This document shows positions 1 to 7,881 of a stretch of 64,000 bases of DNA, one piece after another. The stretch covers positions 102,110 to 166,109 of the forward strand of contig JAJTEQ010000001.1 in assembly GCA_021298195.1 (NCBI GenBank). Reading direction: 5' to 3'. Every line of letters begins with the position of its first letter. Positions within the stretch are counted from its first letter, which is position 1. The translations under genes and the position numbers were made by a program. The notes under the pieces are model-generated. The model worked only from the letters and a program-made list of their open reading frames with translations. It was not told the origin of the DNA and searched no databases. This DNA comes from Ilumatobacteraceae bacterium (GTDB taxonomy: Bacteria; Actinomycetota; Acidimicrobiia; Acidimicrobiales; Ilumatobacteraceae).

Positions 1-51
1 AATCGAGCATGGCTCCCCCTCACAACGCGGTCCCCCGACCGCTCTCCCACC

Positions 52-855
52 TTATTTCCGGCGCGCCGCCAGATACTTCATCGAGGCTTCCCGACTCTCG
101 GGGTCCCGCATGGCGTACACCAACGAGTCGGCGTCCTGGACCGATCGACCGGTACCGGCCATCTCCTCGGCGACGGCGTTGACAAGGGCCTTGGTCGCGC
201 GCAACGCGTACGACGGCTTGGCCGCCAGCGACGTCGCCAGGGCGTCGACGTGAGCGGCCAATTCCTCTCGCGTGACCACCGTGTTGATCCAACGAAGCGA
301 CAGGGCCTCGGAGGCGGTGAAGGGACGGCAGGTGAGCACCAATTCCTTGGTGACGGCCGGGCCCAGTTCACGAACGAGACGCGGGATACCTCCCCACGCC
401 AGGGGGATGCCGAGGTCGACCTCGGGAATCGAGAACAATGCGTCGTCCGACGCGACCCGGAGGTCGCAGGCCGCCACCAGCACTGCGCCACCACCGACGC
501 AACGACCGTGCACCGCCGCGATGGTCAACTGGGGAACGTCGGTGAGAGCGTTGGTCGCCAGACGCCCGAGGTCGGCTCCATCACGGGGGTTCCCCGATGC
601 CGGAGCGGCGAAATCACCCAAATCGAAGCCCGCGGAGAAGGCCCGTCCGGCACCATCGACGATGACGACCCGAATGTCGGATCGCTGATGCAACCATCCG
701 CAGATCTCGATGATCTCGGACAGAAGGACCGCCGACAGTGCGTTCAGTTTCTTGGGGCGATCGAGGGTGATGCGACCCACCGAACCCGCCTCCGACCACG
801 TGAGACACTCGAGGTTCGGGGGCGTGGACCGTGGCGAGGAATCGTGCGAACTCAT
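52..855 (-). CDS. enoyl-CoA hydratase/isomerase (crotonase) family protein
   Basis: 267-aa ORF with ATG at 855. Crotonase-like text: RITLDRPKKLNALS, VVIVDGAGRAFSAGFDL, AAVHGRCVGGGAVLVAACDLRVA. Confidence 0.85.
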   Translation of the reverse strand: MSSHDSSPRSTPPNLECLTWSEAGSVGRITLDRPKKLNALSAVLLSEIIEICGWLHQRSDIRVVIVDGAGRAFSAGFDLGDFAAPASGNPRDGADLGRLATNALTDVPQLTIAAVHGRCVGGGAVLVAACDLRVASDDALFSIPEVDLGIPLAWGGIPRLVRELGPAVTKELVLTCRPFTASEALSLRWINTVVTREELAAHVDALATSLAAKPSYALRATKALVNAVAEEMAGTGRSVQDADSLVYAMRDPESREASMKYLAARRK

Positions 856-868
856 TCCCCGAAGTCAA

Positions 869-1861
869 TCAGAGGAATCGTCGAACGGCCTGGATGCGGG
901 TGGCCGACGGCAGCTTGGAGATTCGCACGACCGAACCGGTGTTGGGCGCCTCGATCCAATGGGTGGAACTGACGGCGATTCCCACGTGACTGATCTGCGT
1001 CGAGTCGACACTGGAGTAGGTGAAGATCAGATCGCCGGCCTGAATGGGTGTCGTCTTCCAGTCGACGACGACGCCGAGCTTGGACTGCGCGAGGCTCCGG
1101 TGCGGCAACTTCACTCCCGCCACGGCGTAACTGGCCAACGTGAGGCCCGAGCAGTCGTAGGTGGACGGTCCGGCCGTGGCGAACTTGTACGGCTTTCCGA
1201 CCTGGGCGTGGGCGAAGTCCAGAACCTGCTGCAACTTGGTGGACGTCGCGGCCGGGACGCTCGCCGGCGTCGCGACCGTGACATTCGCCGGTGTCGCAAC
1301 CGTGACACTTGCCGGCGTCGTGGCCGTGACGTTCGCCGGCGTCGCGGCACCGGTGGGCAGTTTGATGACCTGTCCGGGGACGATGACGCTCGTACGGGTG
1401 AAGTTGTTCGCAGTCAACAGAGCCCTCAACGACACCTTCGCCGTGGACGCGATCTTCGACAACGAGTCGTTGCGTTGCACCACGTAGGTCGGCCCGTTCG
1501 ACGAATTCGTCACTGAAACACTCGGATTCTTCGAAACGACGGGAGTTGCAACGGGCGTGGCCGAGGCGGTGTCCGGCAGCTTGATGACCTGACCGGGGAG
1601 GATGACGCTCGTTCGGGTGAAGCCGTTGACGACCAGCAGTTCGGACATCGGAACGTTGACCCGAGAAGCGATGCGACTGAGCGAATCGTTCTTCGCCACG
1701 ACGTAGGTGAGACCAAGCGAGGAGGAGGCCGATGACGAGGACGATGAGGACACGTTGTTGCCCTGAGCGAGGGCGCCGGGCACACCGACGACACCGAGTG
1801 CGATCGCGGCCGACAACGACATCAAGGCCGTGCGTCCGAGTTTGGTCATCCTCCGTTTCAC
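869..1861 (-). CDS. secreted peptidoglycan endopeptidase, 2x LysM + NlpC/P60
   Basis: Signal peptide MKRRMTKLGRTALMSLSAAIALGVVGVPGALAQ. Two LysM repeats (TYVVAKNDSLSRIASRVNV..., TYVVQRNDSLSKIASTAKV...). C-terminal NlpC/P60 core (YDCSGLT ... HVGIAV). Start may be GTG 1861 or ATG 1849. Confidence 0.85.
   Translation of the reverse strand: MKRRMTKLGRTALMSLSAAIALGVVGVPGALAQGNNVSSSSSSSASSSLGLTYVVAKNDSLSRIASRVNVPMSELLVVNGFTRTSVILPGQVIKLPDTASATPVATPVVSKNPSVSVTNSSNGPTYVVQRNDSLSKIASTAKVSLRALLTANNFTRTSVIVPGQVIKLPTGAATPANVTATTPASVTVATPANVTVATPASVPAATSTKLQQVLDFAHAQVGKPYKFATAGPSTYDCSGLTLASYAVAGVKLPHRSLAQSKLGVVVDWKTTPIQAGDLIFTYSSVDSTQISHVGIAVSSTHWIEAPNTGSVVRISKLPSATRIQAVRRFL
1263..1358 (-). repeat. 24-nt in-frame tandem repeat (about 3.5 copies) encoding the ATPANVTV linker of the NlpC/P60 protein
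   Basis: Successive plus-strand units gccggcgtcgcgaccgtgacattc / gccggtgtcgcaaccgtgacactt / gccggcgtcgtggccgtgacgttc / partial fourth. Protein text: TPANVTATTPASVTVATPANVTVATPASV. Confidence 0.7.
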
Positions 1862-1964
1862 GAAGAGGGGTATCGTCCCCCCATCGTCGGACCTTTACGA
1901 AAAAATCGCGGAGAACCTCGTTTTCACCTCGTGACCACGATGTTCACGAATGATCGGGTTTCGA

Positions 1965-3146
1965 TCAATCGCGAATCTTGCGATCCATGTTCTGGTGATA
2001 CAAGGCGATCTTGAACTCGCGTTCGGAGAGGATCTGGCGCGAGAAGGCACTCGACTTCTTGGACCGTGCCATCTGTGTGTAGATGCTGATGTCCTCGCCC
2101 ACCACCCGCTTCAACTCGTTCCAGTGGGCCATTGTGCGCGACCAATACTCCGCGTAGGCGGGATCCGACTGATCGCCCGGGTACACGATTTCCCAGCACA
2201 AGAATCGCGTGCGATCGACACCCAGCGGAATGGGTTGGAACACCTGAATGTGCTCGGGATTGCAGTTGAAGACCGTGTTCGGGAAGACCACGTAATGGCA
2301 GATCGCGTTGCGGTGGTGGTCGAAGTCCTCGTCGGGCAACTTGTCGAGGTGGGTGGGACGGGGCACGAAACACATGAAGTTGTCGCCGACCACGTGGAAC
2401 GACGAACACCGAGCGGCCTTGGTGAACTCGGCGGGCACGTGATGAAGTTCGGTGACGTGGTACACCTCGTTGAACCCGTCGACGATGGCCTTGTAGTTCA
2501 CGGGAACGTCCCATTCGACGACCTCGTGAACGACCATGTCCTGCATGTGGTAGGCGCCGAGGTCGGCGGTGATCTCGGGTCCGATGGAGTCGGCCAGGGG
2601 AACGGCGCGCTCGGGTCCGGCGAGGTTGAACCAGACCCAACCACCCCACTCCTCCACGGCCACCGCCGGCGAGTGCGCCGAGGCCAACACGACCGGGTCG
2701 AAGTCCTCGCGCTCGGGCACGCCGACCAGGCGACCCCGGGTGTCGTACACCCAACCGTGATACGGACAGGTGAAACGCCGGGCACCACAGCCGGACTTCT
2801 CGGTGACGAACGAAGGGCCGCGATGGCTGCACACGTTGTGGAAACCGGCCATCGTTCCGTCGCTCTGACGCACCATCACGATGGTCTCGTCGTGACCCTC
2901 GTAGGAGATCCAGTCTCCGGGCTTGGCCACCTGCTCGGTGCGGCCGCCGATCATCCAATGGCGACCCAGCACCCGCTCGCGTTCCAGTTCGTAACGAACC
3001 TGGTCGCGGTACACGCTGGCGTCCATCACGCTCGGTCCGAACTCGGGAAGGCTCTTCACGCTGCCGCCGATGCGAGCAGGAAGGGTTCCTCTCGTCGGTA
3101 CATGAACGGGAGAACCACCAGCGGGGTCAATCTTCTGATCGGTCAT
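1965..3146 (-). CDS. Rieske 2Fe-2S aromatic-ring-hydroxylating oxygenase, alpha subunit
   Basis: Rieske motif CSHRGPSF...CPYHGWVYD. AGGAGG lies 6 nt upstream of ATG 3146. 393 aa. Confidence 0.85.
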   Translation of the reverse strand: MTDQKIDPAGGSPVHVPTRGTLPARIGGSVKSLPEFGPSVMDASVYRDQVRYELERERVLGRHWMIGGRTEQVAKPGDWISYEGHDETIVMVRQSDGTMAGFHNVCSHRGPSFVTEKSGCGARRFTCPYHGWVYDTRGRLVGVPEREDFDPVVLASAHSPAVAVEEWGGWVWFNLAGPERAVPLADSIGPEITADLGAYHMQDMVVHEVVEWDVPVNYKAIVDGFNEVYHVTELHHVPAEFTKAARCSSFHVVGDNFMCFVPRPTHLDKLPDEDFDHHRNAICHYVVFPNTVFNCNPEHIQVFQPIPLGVDRTRFLCWEIVYPGDQSDPAYAEYWSRTMAHWNELKRVVGEDISIYTQMARSKKSSAFSRQILSEREFKIALYHQNMDRKIRD

Positions 3147-3203
3147 CGGCCACCTCCTGCACCTGATACCTGTCTAGCGGATGGCGTCGGTCAGAATTGC
3201 ACC

Positions 3204-4238
3204 ATGTTTTTGATCTCGGGGATGAGCGACCGCGTCCCCATGTCCGAGGTGGGGGCGTACGCCAAGCGAGTCGAGGCGATGGGCTTCGACATCCTGCACG
3301 TACCCGAGACCGTTCACGACTCGATGGCGGTGTCGTTGTTGGCGCTCATGGCCACCGATCGGCTGCGGGTCCAGACCAGCCTCACCTTGGCCTTCCCCCG
3401 TAGCCCGATGCTGTTGGCCCTCCAAGCATGGGACGCGTCGGCCGCCGGCGCGGGTCGCTTCGATCTGGGTCTGGCCACGCAAATTCGACAGAACATCGAG
3501 GGTCGGTTCGGCGTTCCGTGGAGTGATCCGCTGCGACGCATGGAGGATTACGTCACGGTCGTGCGCGCCGTCTGGAGATCGTTCACCGAAGGTTCTCCCC
3601 TAAATGTGAGCACCGCGTCGTACACCCTCGATCGTTTGCAACCTTTTTTCGATCCCGGCCCGCTGGCACACGACCCGCCGACGATCCTCCTCGGCGGCGT
3701 GAACCGCGGCGCGATCGAGTTGGCCGGTCGCTGCGCCGACTGGTTCGTGACACATCCGACCAATTCGCATCCGCGATTCGTGCGCGAGTTGGCGATGCCG
3801 GCCCTCGACAGCGGTGTCGAACAGGCTCGACGTCCCGACCGGCCGCGCATCATCACCGCCTCTCCGCTCATCACCGGTCCCGACGTGGACGCCGTCGACC
3901 GAAGTCGCCAAACTCAACGCGCGGTGCTGGCGTTCCTCTACTCCACCCCCGCGTACCAGCGAACGCTCGAGCTGTTCGGGTGGCCCGAACTGGGTCCGCG
4001 ACTGCGAACCATGACGCGCAACGGTGACTGGGCGTCGCTCGGCGCGCTCATGACCGACGAGGTTCTCGACACCGTTCTGCCCACGGGAACCTGGGACCAA
4101 CTTCCCGACATCCTCGAGGGCTGGTACGGCGGTCTGGTCGACGGGCTGTTGATTCAACCGCCCGAGGATCCGTCTCTCGACGCACGATTCTCCGAGACCC
4201 TGCGGGCCATCGGATCGATCCGGCCGCGGCTCGACTGA
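3204..4238 (+). CDS. LLM-class (luciferase-like) flavin/F420-dependent oxidoreductase
   Basis: In-frame ATG at 3204 inside the overcalled ORF 1950..4238. LLM-like text: AKRVEAMGFDILHVPETVHDSMAVSLLALMATDRL...FDLGLATQIRQNIEGRFG. The upstream part of the ORF is antisense to the Rieske gene. Confidence 0.75.
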   Translation: MFLISGMSDRVPMSEVGAYAKRVEAMGFDILHVPETVHDSMAVSLLALMATDRLRVQTSLTLAFPRSPMLLALQAWDASAAGAGRFDLGLATQIRQNIEGRFGVPWSDPLRRMEDYVTVVRAVWRSFTEGSPLNVSTASYTLDRLQPFFDPGPLAHDPPTILLGGVNRGAIELAGRCADWFVTHPTNSHPRFVRELAMPALDSGVEQARRPDRPRIITASPLITGPDVDAVDRSRQTQRAVLAFLYSTPAYQRTLELFGWPELGPRLRTMTRNGDWASLGALMTDEVLDTVLPTGTWDQLPDILEGWYGGLVDGLLIQPPEDPSLDARFSETLRAIGSIRPRLD

Positions 4239-4772
4239 TCAGGAGTTCGCGATCAGGTCGGCGATCAACGGCTCGAGCGACTCCCGATCCAGGCTCCCCT
4301 GCACCTTGGTCACCGAACCATTCGCATCGATGAAGACCCAGGCCGGTTGATACGGGATCCCGTAGCGAGCGAAAACATTTCCCGAGTCATCGAGAAGACT
4401 GGGGAAGGTGATCTCGTGACGTTCGATGAAGTCGCGCATGTACTCCTCCGAACCGTTCCACGCGACACCGTAAAAGTCGACCGATTCACCGTAGGTGAGG
4501 TGGGCCTCCTCGACCGAGGGGGCTTCGTTGTTGCATTGCGTTCAACCGGGCGCCCAGAACCACAAGACCACGGGACGACCCGACGACCCGACATCAGTGG
4601 TCGGATCGATGAGCAAATCCTCGCCCGCCGACACCGACGAGGAACCATCCGGAAGCACCACGGACCCGACGGTCTCCGTCGAGCCCGCGATGTCGGCCGA
4701 ATCACCACCACAGGCCGTGGCGATCACGGCGACCGCCACCACCGTCGTCAGGAACCTCGCCATCGATCGCAT
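4239..4772 (-). CDS. TlpA/DsbE(MPT53)-like thiol:disulfide oxidoreductase lipoprotein with in-frame UGA at the first redox-motif position (candidate selenoprotein, motif U-T-Q-C)
   Basis: ORFs 4542..4775 and 4239..4439 share one frame (4775-4439=336) and are separated only by TGA at 4542..4544. The joined text reads ...RPVVLWFWAPG-[TGA]-TQCNNEAPSVEEAHLTYGESVDFYGVAWNGSEEYMRDFIERHEITFPSLLDDSGNVFARYGIPYQPAWVFIDANG... This parallels the redoxin pattern WFW-x-P-W-C-x-x-C-N-x-EAP. N-terminal lipoprotein signal MARFLTTVVAVAVIATAC. No frameshift or second stop over 177 codons. Confidence 0.6.
4504..4523 (-). promoter_or_regulatory. candidate bacterial SECIS hairpin downstream of the UGA
   Basis: mRNA GCCCCCUC-GGUC-GAGGAGGC: 4 bp, one C/A mismatch, 3 bp, with a GGUC apical tetraloop. 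It starts 18 nt after the UGA, and the loop starts 26 nt after it. As I recall, the E. coli fdhF SECIS minihelix also has a GGUC loop. Confidence 0.45.
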
Positions 4773-5680
4773 CACGGCGTCACGGTAGACGGGTCCGACT
4801 GTGCCGTCGCATCGGGCGGGCGCGAGGCATTGGTGACGATGGCCACGCCCACCAGGATCACAGGCAGTGCCACGGCCATGTTGGTCGACACGCTCTCGTC
4901 ACTGAAGACGACTCCGAGCAGAACCGCGATGGCCGGATTCACGTACGCGTAACTCATCGCCAATGGGCCACTCACGTTTCCGATCAGGTACGTGAAAGCC
5001 GAGAACGCCACGATCGAGCCGAACACCACGAGGTAGCCGACCGCGAGCCCGCTTCGAAGGCTCGGTGCTTCGACCGTCTCCCGCGACACCAGCGACAGGA
5101 ACATGAAGGCCACCGCGGCGGCCCCCATCTCGATGGTCGTCGTCATCGGTCCGTCGGGCATGTCGACGCGGCGACTGAGGGCCGATCCGAAACTCCAGGA
5201 CACGCAGGCCACGAAGACGAGCGACACACCACCCCACGAACCCGACAGCCCCTCGTCGGACACCAGCACGGCCACCCCGGCCAATCCGATGAACATCCCG
5301 ACCCACTGCATCCGATTGGGCCACGACCGCCAGAGCCCGCCCCACAGGGCCATCATCATCGGCTGAATCGCGATGATCGTCGCCACCAAACCCGAGTCGA
5401 CTCCGCGATCCTCGGCCAACGTCACCATGCCGAGCCCACCGATCAGAAGCATGATCCCGATCAGGGAGGCGTTGCGCGTCTGTCGGCGACTCGGCCACGC
5501 CACTCCACGGGAGCGAAGGATCAACACCATGACGAGCGATGCCACGACGAATCGGCAACCCTGCATGAAGAACGGCGGCATCGTCTCGAGCCCGATCTTG
5601 ATGGCCAGATACGTGGAACCCCAGATCACCCACACGGCGGCCAGTGACAGCACGGTGAGGCGACCGAACGAGCGGGACAT
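4772..5680 (-). CDS. EamA/DMT-family transporter
   Basis: About 302 aa and multi-TM. EamA-like text: LAAVWVIWGSTYLAIKIGLETMPPFFMQGCRF. Only the C-terminal half of ORF 4772..6634 is credible. Start is ATG 5680, or alternatively ATG 5704. Its stop TGA (4774..4772) overlaps the ATG (4772..4770) of the redoxin gene. Confidence 0.8.
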   Translation of the reverse strand: MSRSFGRLTVLSLAAVWVIWGSTYLAIKIGLETMPPFFMQGCRFVVASLVMVLILRSRGVAWPSRRQTRNASLIGIMLLIGGLGMVTLAEDRGVDSGLVATIIAIQPMMMALWGGLWRSWPNRMQWVGMFIGLAGVAVLVSDEGLSGSWGGVSLVFVACVSWSFGSALSRRVDMPDGPMTTTIEMGAAAVAFMFLSLVSRETVEAPSLRSGLAVGYLVVFGSIVAFSAFTYLIGNVSGPLAMSYAYVNPAIAVLLGVVFSDESVSTNMAVALPVILVGVAIVTNASRPPDATAQSDPSTVTP

Positions 5681-5731
5681 GTCGACATTCTCGCCGACGA
5701 CCATGTCGGTCGGACAATCCCCGCCGATACC

Positions 5732-6694
5732 GTGTCCGTCGTGTCCGATCTCGGTGTCACGACCCCACCTCTGTGCGTGCTGGGCGACTTCGCATGGGAC
5801 GTGCTCATTCGCACCAACAGTGAACTGTTGCGCGGGGGCGACACCTTCGGAGAGGTGATGCTGACCCCGGGAGGGAGCGCGGCCAACGTCGCCGTCTGGG
5901 CCAGCCGTTGCGGAACCCCGACGCGATTCGTCGGCAAGATCGGTCGCGATCGTTTCGGCCAATTGGCGCAGGAGGACCTCGAACGCGAGCACGTCGTGGC
6001 GCACCTCGTGGAGACCGAAGCGCACTCCACCGGTTCGGTCGCGGTGTTCGTGGATCACACGGGGCAACGCTCGATGGTCTCGGGTCACGGAGCCGACTTC
6101 TACCTCATGCCCTCGGAGTTGCCCGTCGATGCCATCTCGTCGGCGCGCCACCTGCACCTCACCGCGTGGTCGTTCTTCACCGACCCGCCACGCTCGGCCG
6201 CCCGGGCGGCGGCTCGCACCGCCCGCGCGAGTGGGGCGACGGTTTCTTTCGATCCCGGCTCGTTCCAGATGATCATGGAGATGGGAGTGCCCGCCTTCCT
6301 GGCGGCGTGTGCCGATCTCGAGTTCGACATCGTCCTTCCCAACAAGGAGGAGGGCCAGGTGCTCACGGGCGAGACCTCCGCCGACGCCATCGTCGAGGGG
6401 CTCACCAAGATCTTCCCGGGCGCCCTCGTCGTGTTGAAACTCGATGCCGATGGCGCACTCGTGCACGACGGTCGGATCAGCACCCACATTCCGCCGGCGA
6501 CGAACAATCTGGTCGATGCCACCGGCGCCGGTGATTCCTTCGCCGGCGCATTCCTCTCCCACCATCTCGCCTCGAACTCCCCCATCGACGCCGCGCGCTT
6601 CGCGACTCGCGTCTCGGCCTGGGTGATCGAGCACATCGGGGCGCGACCGTCTCCCGACGGTCGCCTACGAACGCTCTTGTCGTCTCCCCGTTGA
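5732..6694 (+). CDS. PfkB-family carbohydrate kinase (ribokinase-like)
   Basis: LTPGGSAANVAVWASRCG near the N-terminus and DATGAGDSFAGAF near the C-terminus (PfkB signature 2). GTG start at 5732. Confidence 0.85.
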   Translation: MSVVSDLGVTTPPLCVLGDFAWDVLIRTNSELLRGGDTFGEVMLTPGGSAANVAVWASRCGTPTRFVGKIGRDRFGQLAQEDLEREHVVAHLVETEAHSTGSVAVFVDHTGQRSMVSGHGADFYLMPSELPVDAISSARHLHLTAWSFFTDPPRSAARAAARTARASGATVSFDPGSFQMIMEMGVPAFLAACADLEFDIVLPNKEEGQVLTGETSADAIVEGLTKIFPGALVVLKLDADGALVHDGRISTHIPPATNNLVDATGAGDSFAGAFLSHHLASNSPIDAARFATRVSAWVIEHIGARPSPDGRLRTLLSSPR

Positions 6695-6707
6695 GAAAGG
6701 ACCGCTG

Positions 6708-7457
6708 ATGCAACTCGGAATCGAAGGACGACGCGCCGTCGTCACCGGCGCCTCCAGCGGACTGGGTCTGGCCACCGCCAAGGCCTTGGTCGCCGAGGGA
6801 GTGCGCGTCGTGATCGTGTCCCGTGACGCGGACAAGCTCGCCCGAGCGACGTCCGAATTCCCGGATGGCTCCAACGTCGACGTGCTGGTGGCCGACGTCA
6901 GCGACCCGGACCAAGTGACCACCATGATCGACCGGGCACGATCGATCCTCGGTGGTCTCGACATCCTGGTGGCCAACGCCGGTGGACCTCCGCCGGGAAC
7001 CTTCTCGTCGACGTCCTTCGACGCCTACGAATCGGCGTTGAGGTTGAACCTGCTGTCGACGGTGGCCATGTGCCGAGCCGCCGTGCCGATCATGATGGAG
7101 TCCGGCTGGGGCCGGATCGTGGCCATCACCTCCACCTCGGTGCGCGAACCGATCGAACATCTCATCTTGTCCAACACCGCGCGCGCGGGGGTCACCGGAT
7201 TCCTCAAGACGTTGGCCCGTGAGATCGCCGGACACGGCATCACGGTGAACACCTTGCAACCGGGCCTGCACATGACCGGTCGCCTGTCGGCGCTGTACCC
7301 CGACCCGCAGGCACTGGCGACGACCATCCCGGCCGGAATGGTCGGCGACCCCGACGACTTCGGCCGCGTGGCGGCCTTCGTGTGCTCCGAACACGCGCGC
7401 TTCATGACCGGCGTGTCGATTCCGCTCGACGGAGGAGCGTTGCGCGGATTGCAGTGA
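6708..7457 (+). CDS. SDR-family oxidoreductase
   Basis: VVTGASSGLGLATAKAL Rossmann motif. GAAAGGA SD upstream of ATG 6708. 249 aa. Confidence 0.85.
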   Translation: MQLGIEGRRAVVTGASSGLGLATAKALVAEGVRVVIVSRDADKLARATSEFPDGSNVDVLVADVSDPDQVTTMIDRARSILGGLDILVANAGGPPPGTFSSTSFDAYESALRLNLLSTVAMCRAAVPIMMESGWGRIVAITSTSVREPIEHLILSNTARAGVTGFLKTLAREIAGHGITVNTLQPGLHMTGRLSALYPDPQALATTIPAGMVGDPDDFGRVAAFVCSEHARFMTGVSIPLDGGALRGLQ

Positions 7458-7460
7458 ACG

Positions 7461-7862
7461 TCAGGCGCGAGCCGCGGCCACGCGACGCACCGCGTCGACC
7501 ACTTGATCAGCGGGCGCGCCTGGTCCCAACACCGCGGCGATCCCCGCCGCCGTGAGTTCCTCGACGTCCTGGTTGGGGACGATACCCCCCAACACCACGG
7601 GGATGTCCGAACCACGATCACGAATCGCCTTCACGACGAGGGGGGCCAACGTCATGTGCGCCCCCGACAACATCGAGAGTCCGACCACATCGACGTCCTC
7701 GTCGACCGCCGCGGCGGCCACGGTCTCGGGGGTCTGGAACAAACCGGTGTAGATCACTTCGATTCCGGCGTCGCGCAACAGGCGTGCGACCACCTTCACG
7801 CCGCGGTCATGACCATCGAGGCCGACCTTGGCCACCAACACGCGCAACGAATCCTGTGACAT
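7461..7862 (-). CDS. acyl-CoA mutase small subunit (cobalamin-binding domain)
   Basis: B12-binding text [31 protein letters not shown] (DxHxxG). GAAGGAA SD. Lies 19 nt downstream of the large subunit. Confidence 0.85.
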   Translation of the reverse strand: MSQDSLRVLVAKVGLDGHDRGVKVVARLLRDAGIEVIYTGLFQTPETVAAAAVDEDVDVVGLSMLSGAHMTLAPLVVKAIRDRGSDIPVVLGGIVPNQDVEELTAAGIAAVLGPGAPADQVVDAVRRVAAARA

Positions 7863-7881
7863 GGTGTTCCTTCGCTCGCTC

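Noticed and set aside
1862-1964. Cyclic-di-AMP (ydaO-type) riboswitch upstream of the NlpC/P60 hydrolase
   Set aside because: Only about 100 nt are available and I see none of the conserved ydaO helices or ACGGGGA-type segments. It is probably a plain intergenic region.
1950-4238. 762-aa plus-strand ORF spanning the Rieske gene region
   Set aside because: The first 418 codons are antisense to a well-supported Rieske oxygenase and read as Arg/Gly/His/Val-rich low-complexity text, typical of high-GC antisense frames. Only the part from ATG 3204 has family-like sequence.
4239-4775. Alternative reading: the redoxin is a pseudogene inactivated by a nonsense mutation, or two separate small genes
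   Set aside because: Not fully excluded, but judged less likely. The stop is the only lesion, it falls exactly on the redox Cys position where Sec substitution is known to occur, and a SECIS-like hairpin follows. The downstream fragment also lacks its own SD and start context, and the upstream fragment alone would be a signal peptide plus linker with no fold.
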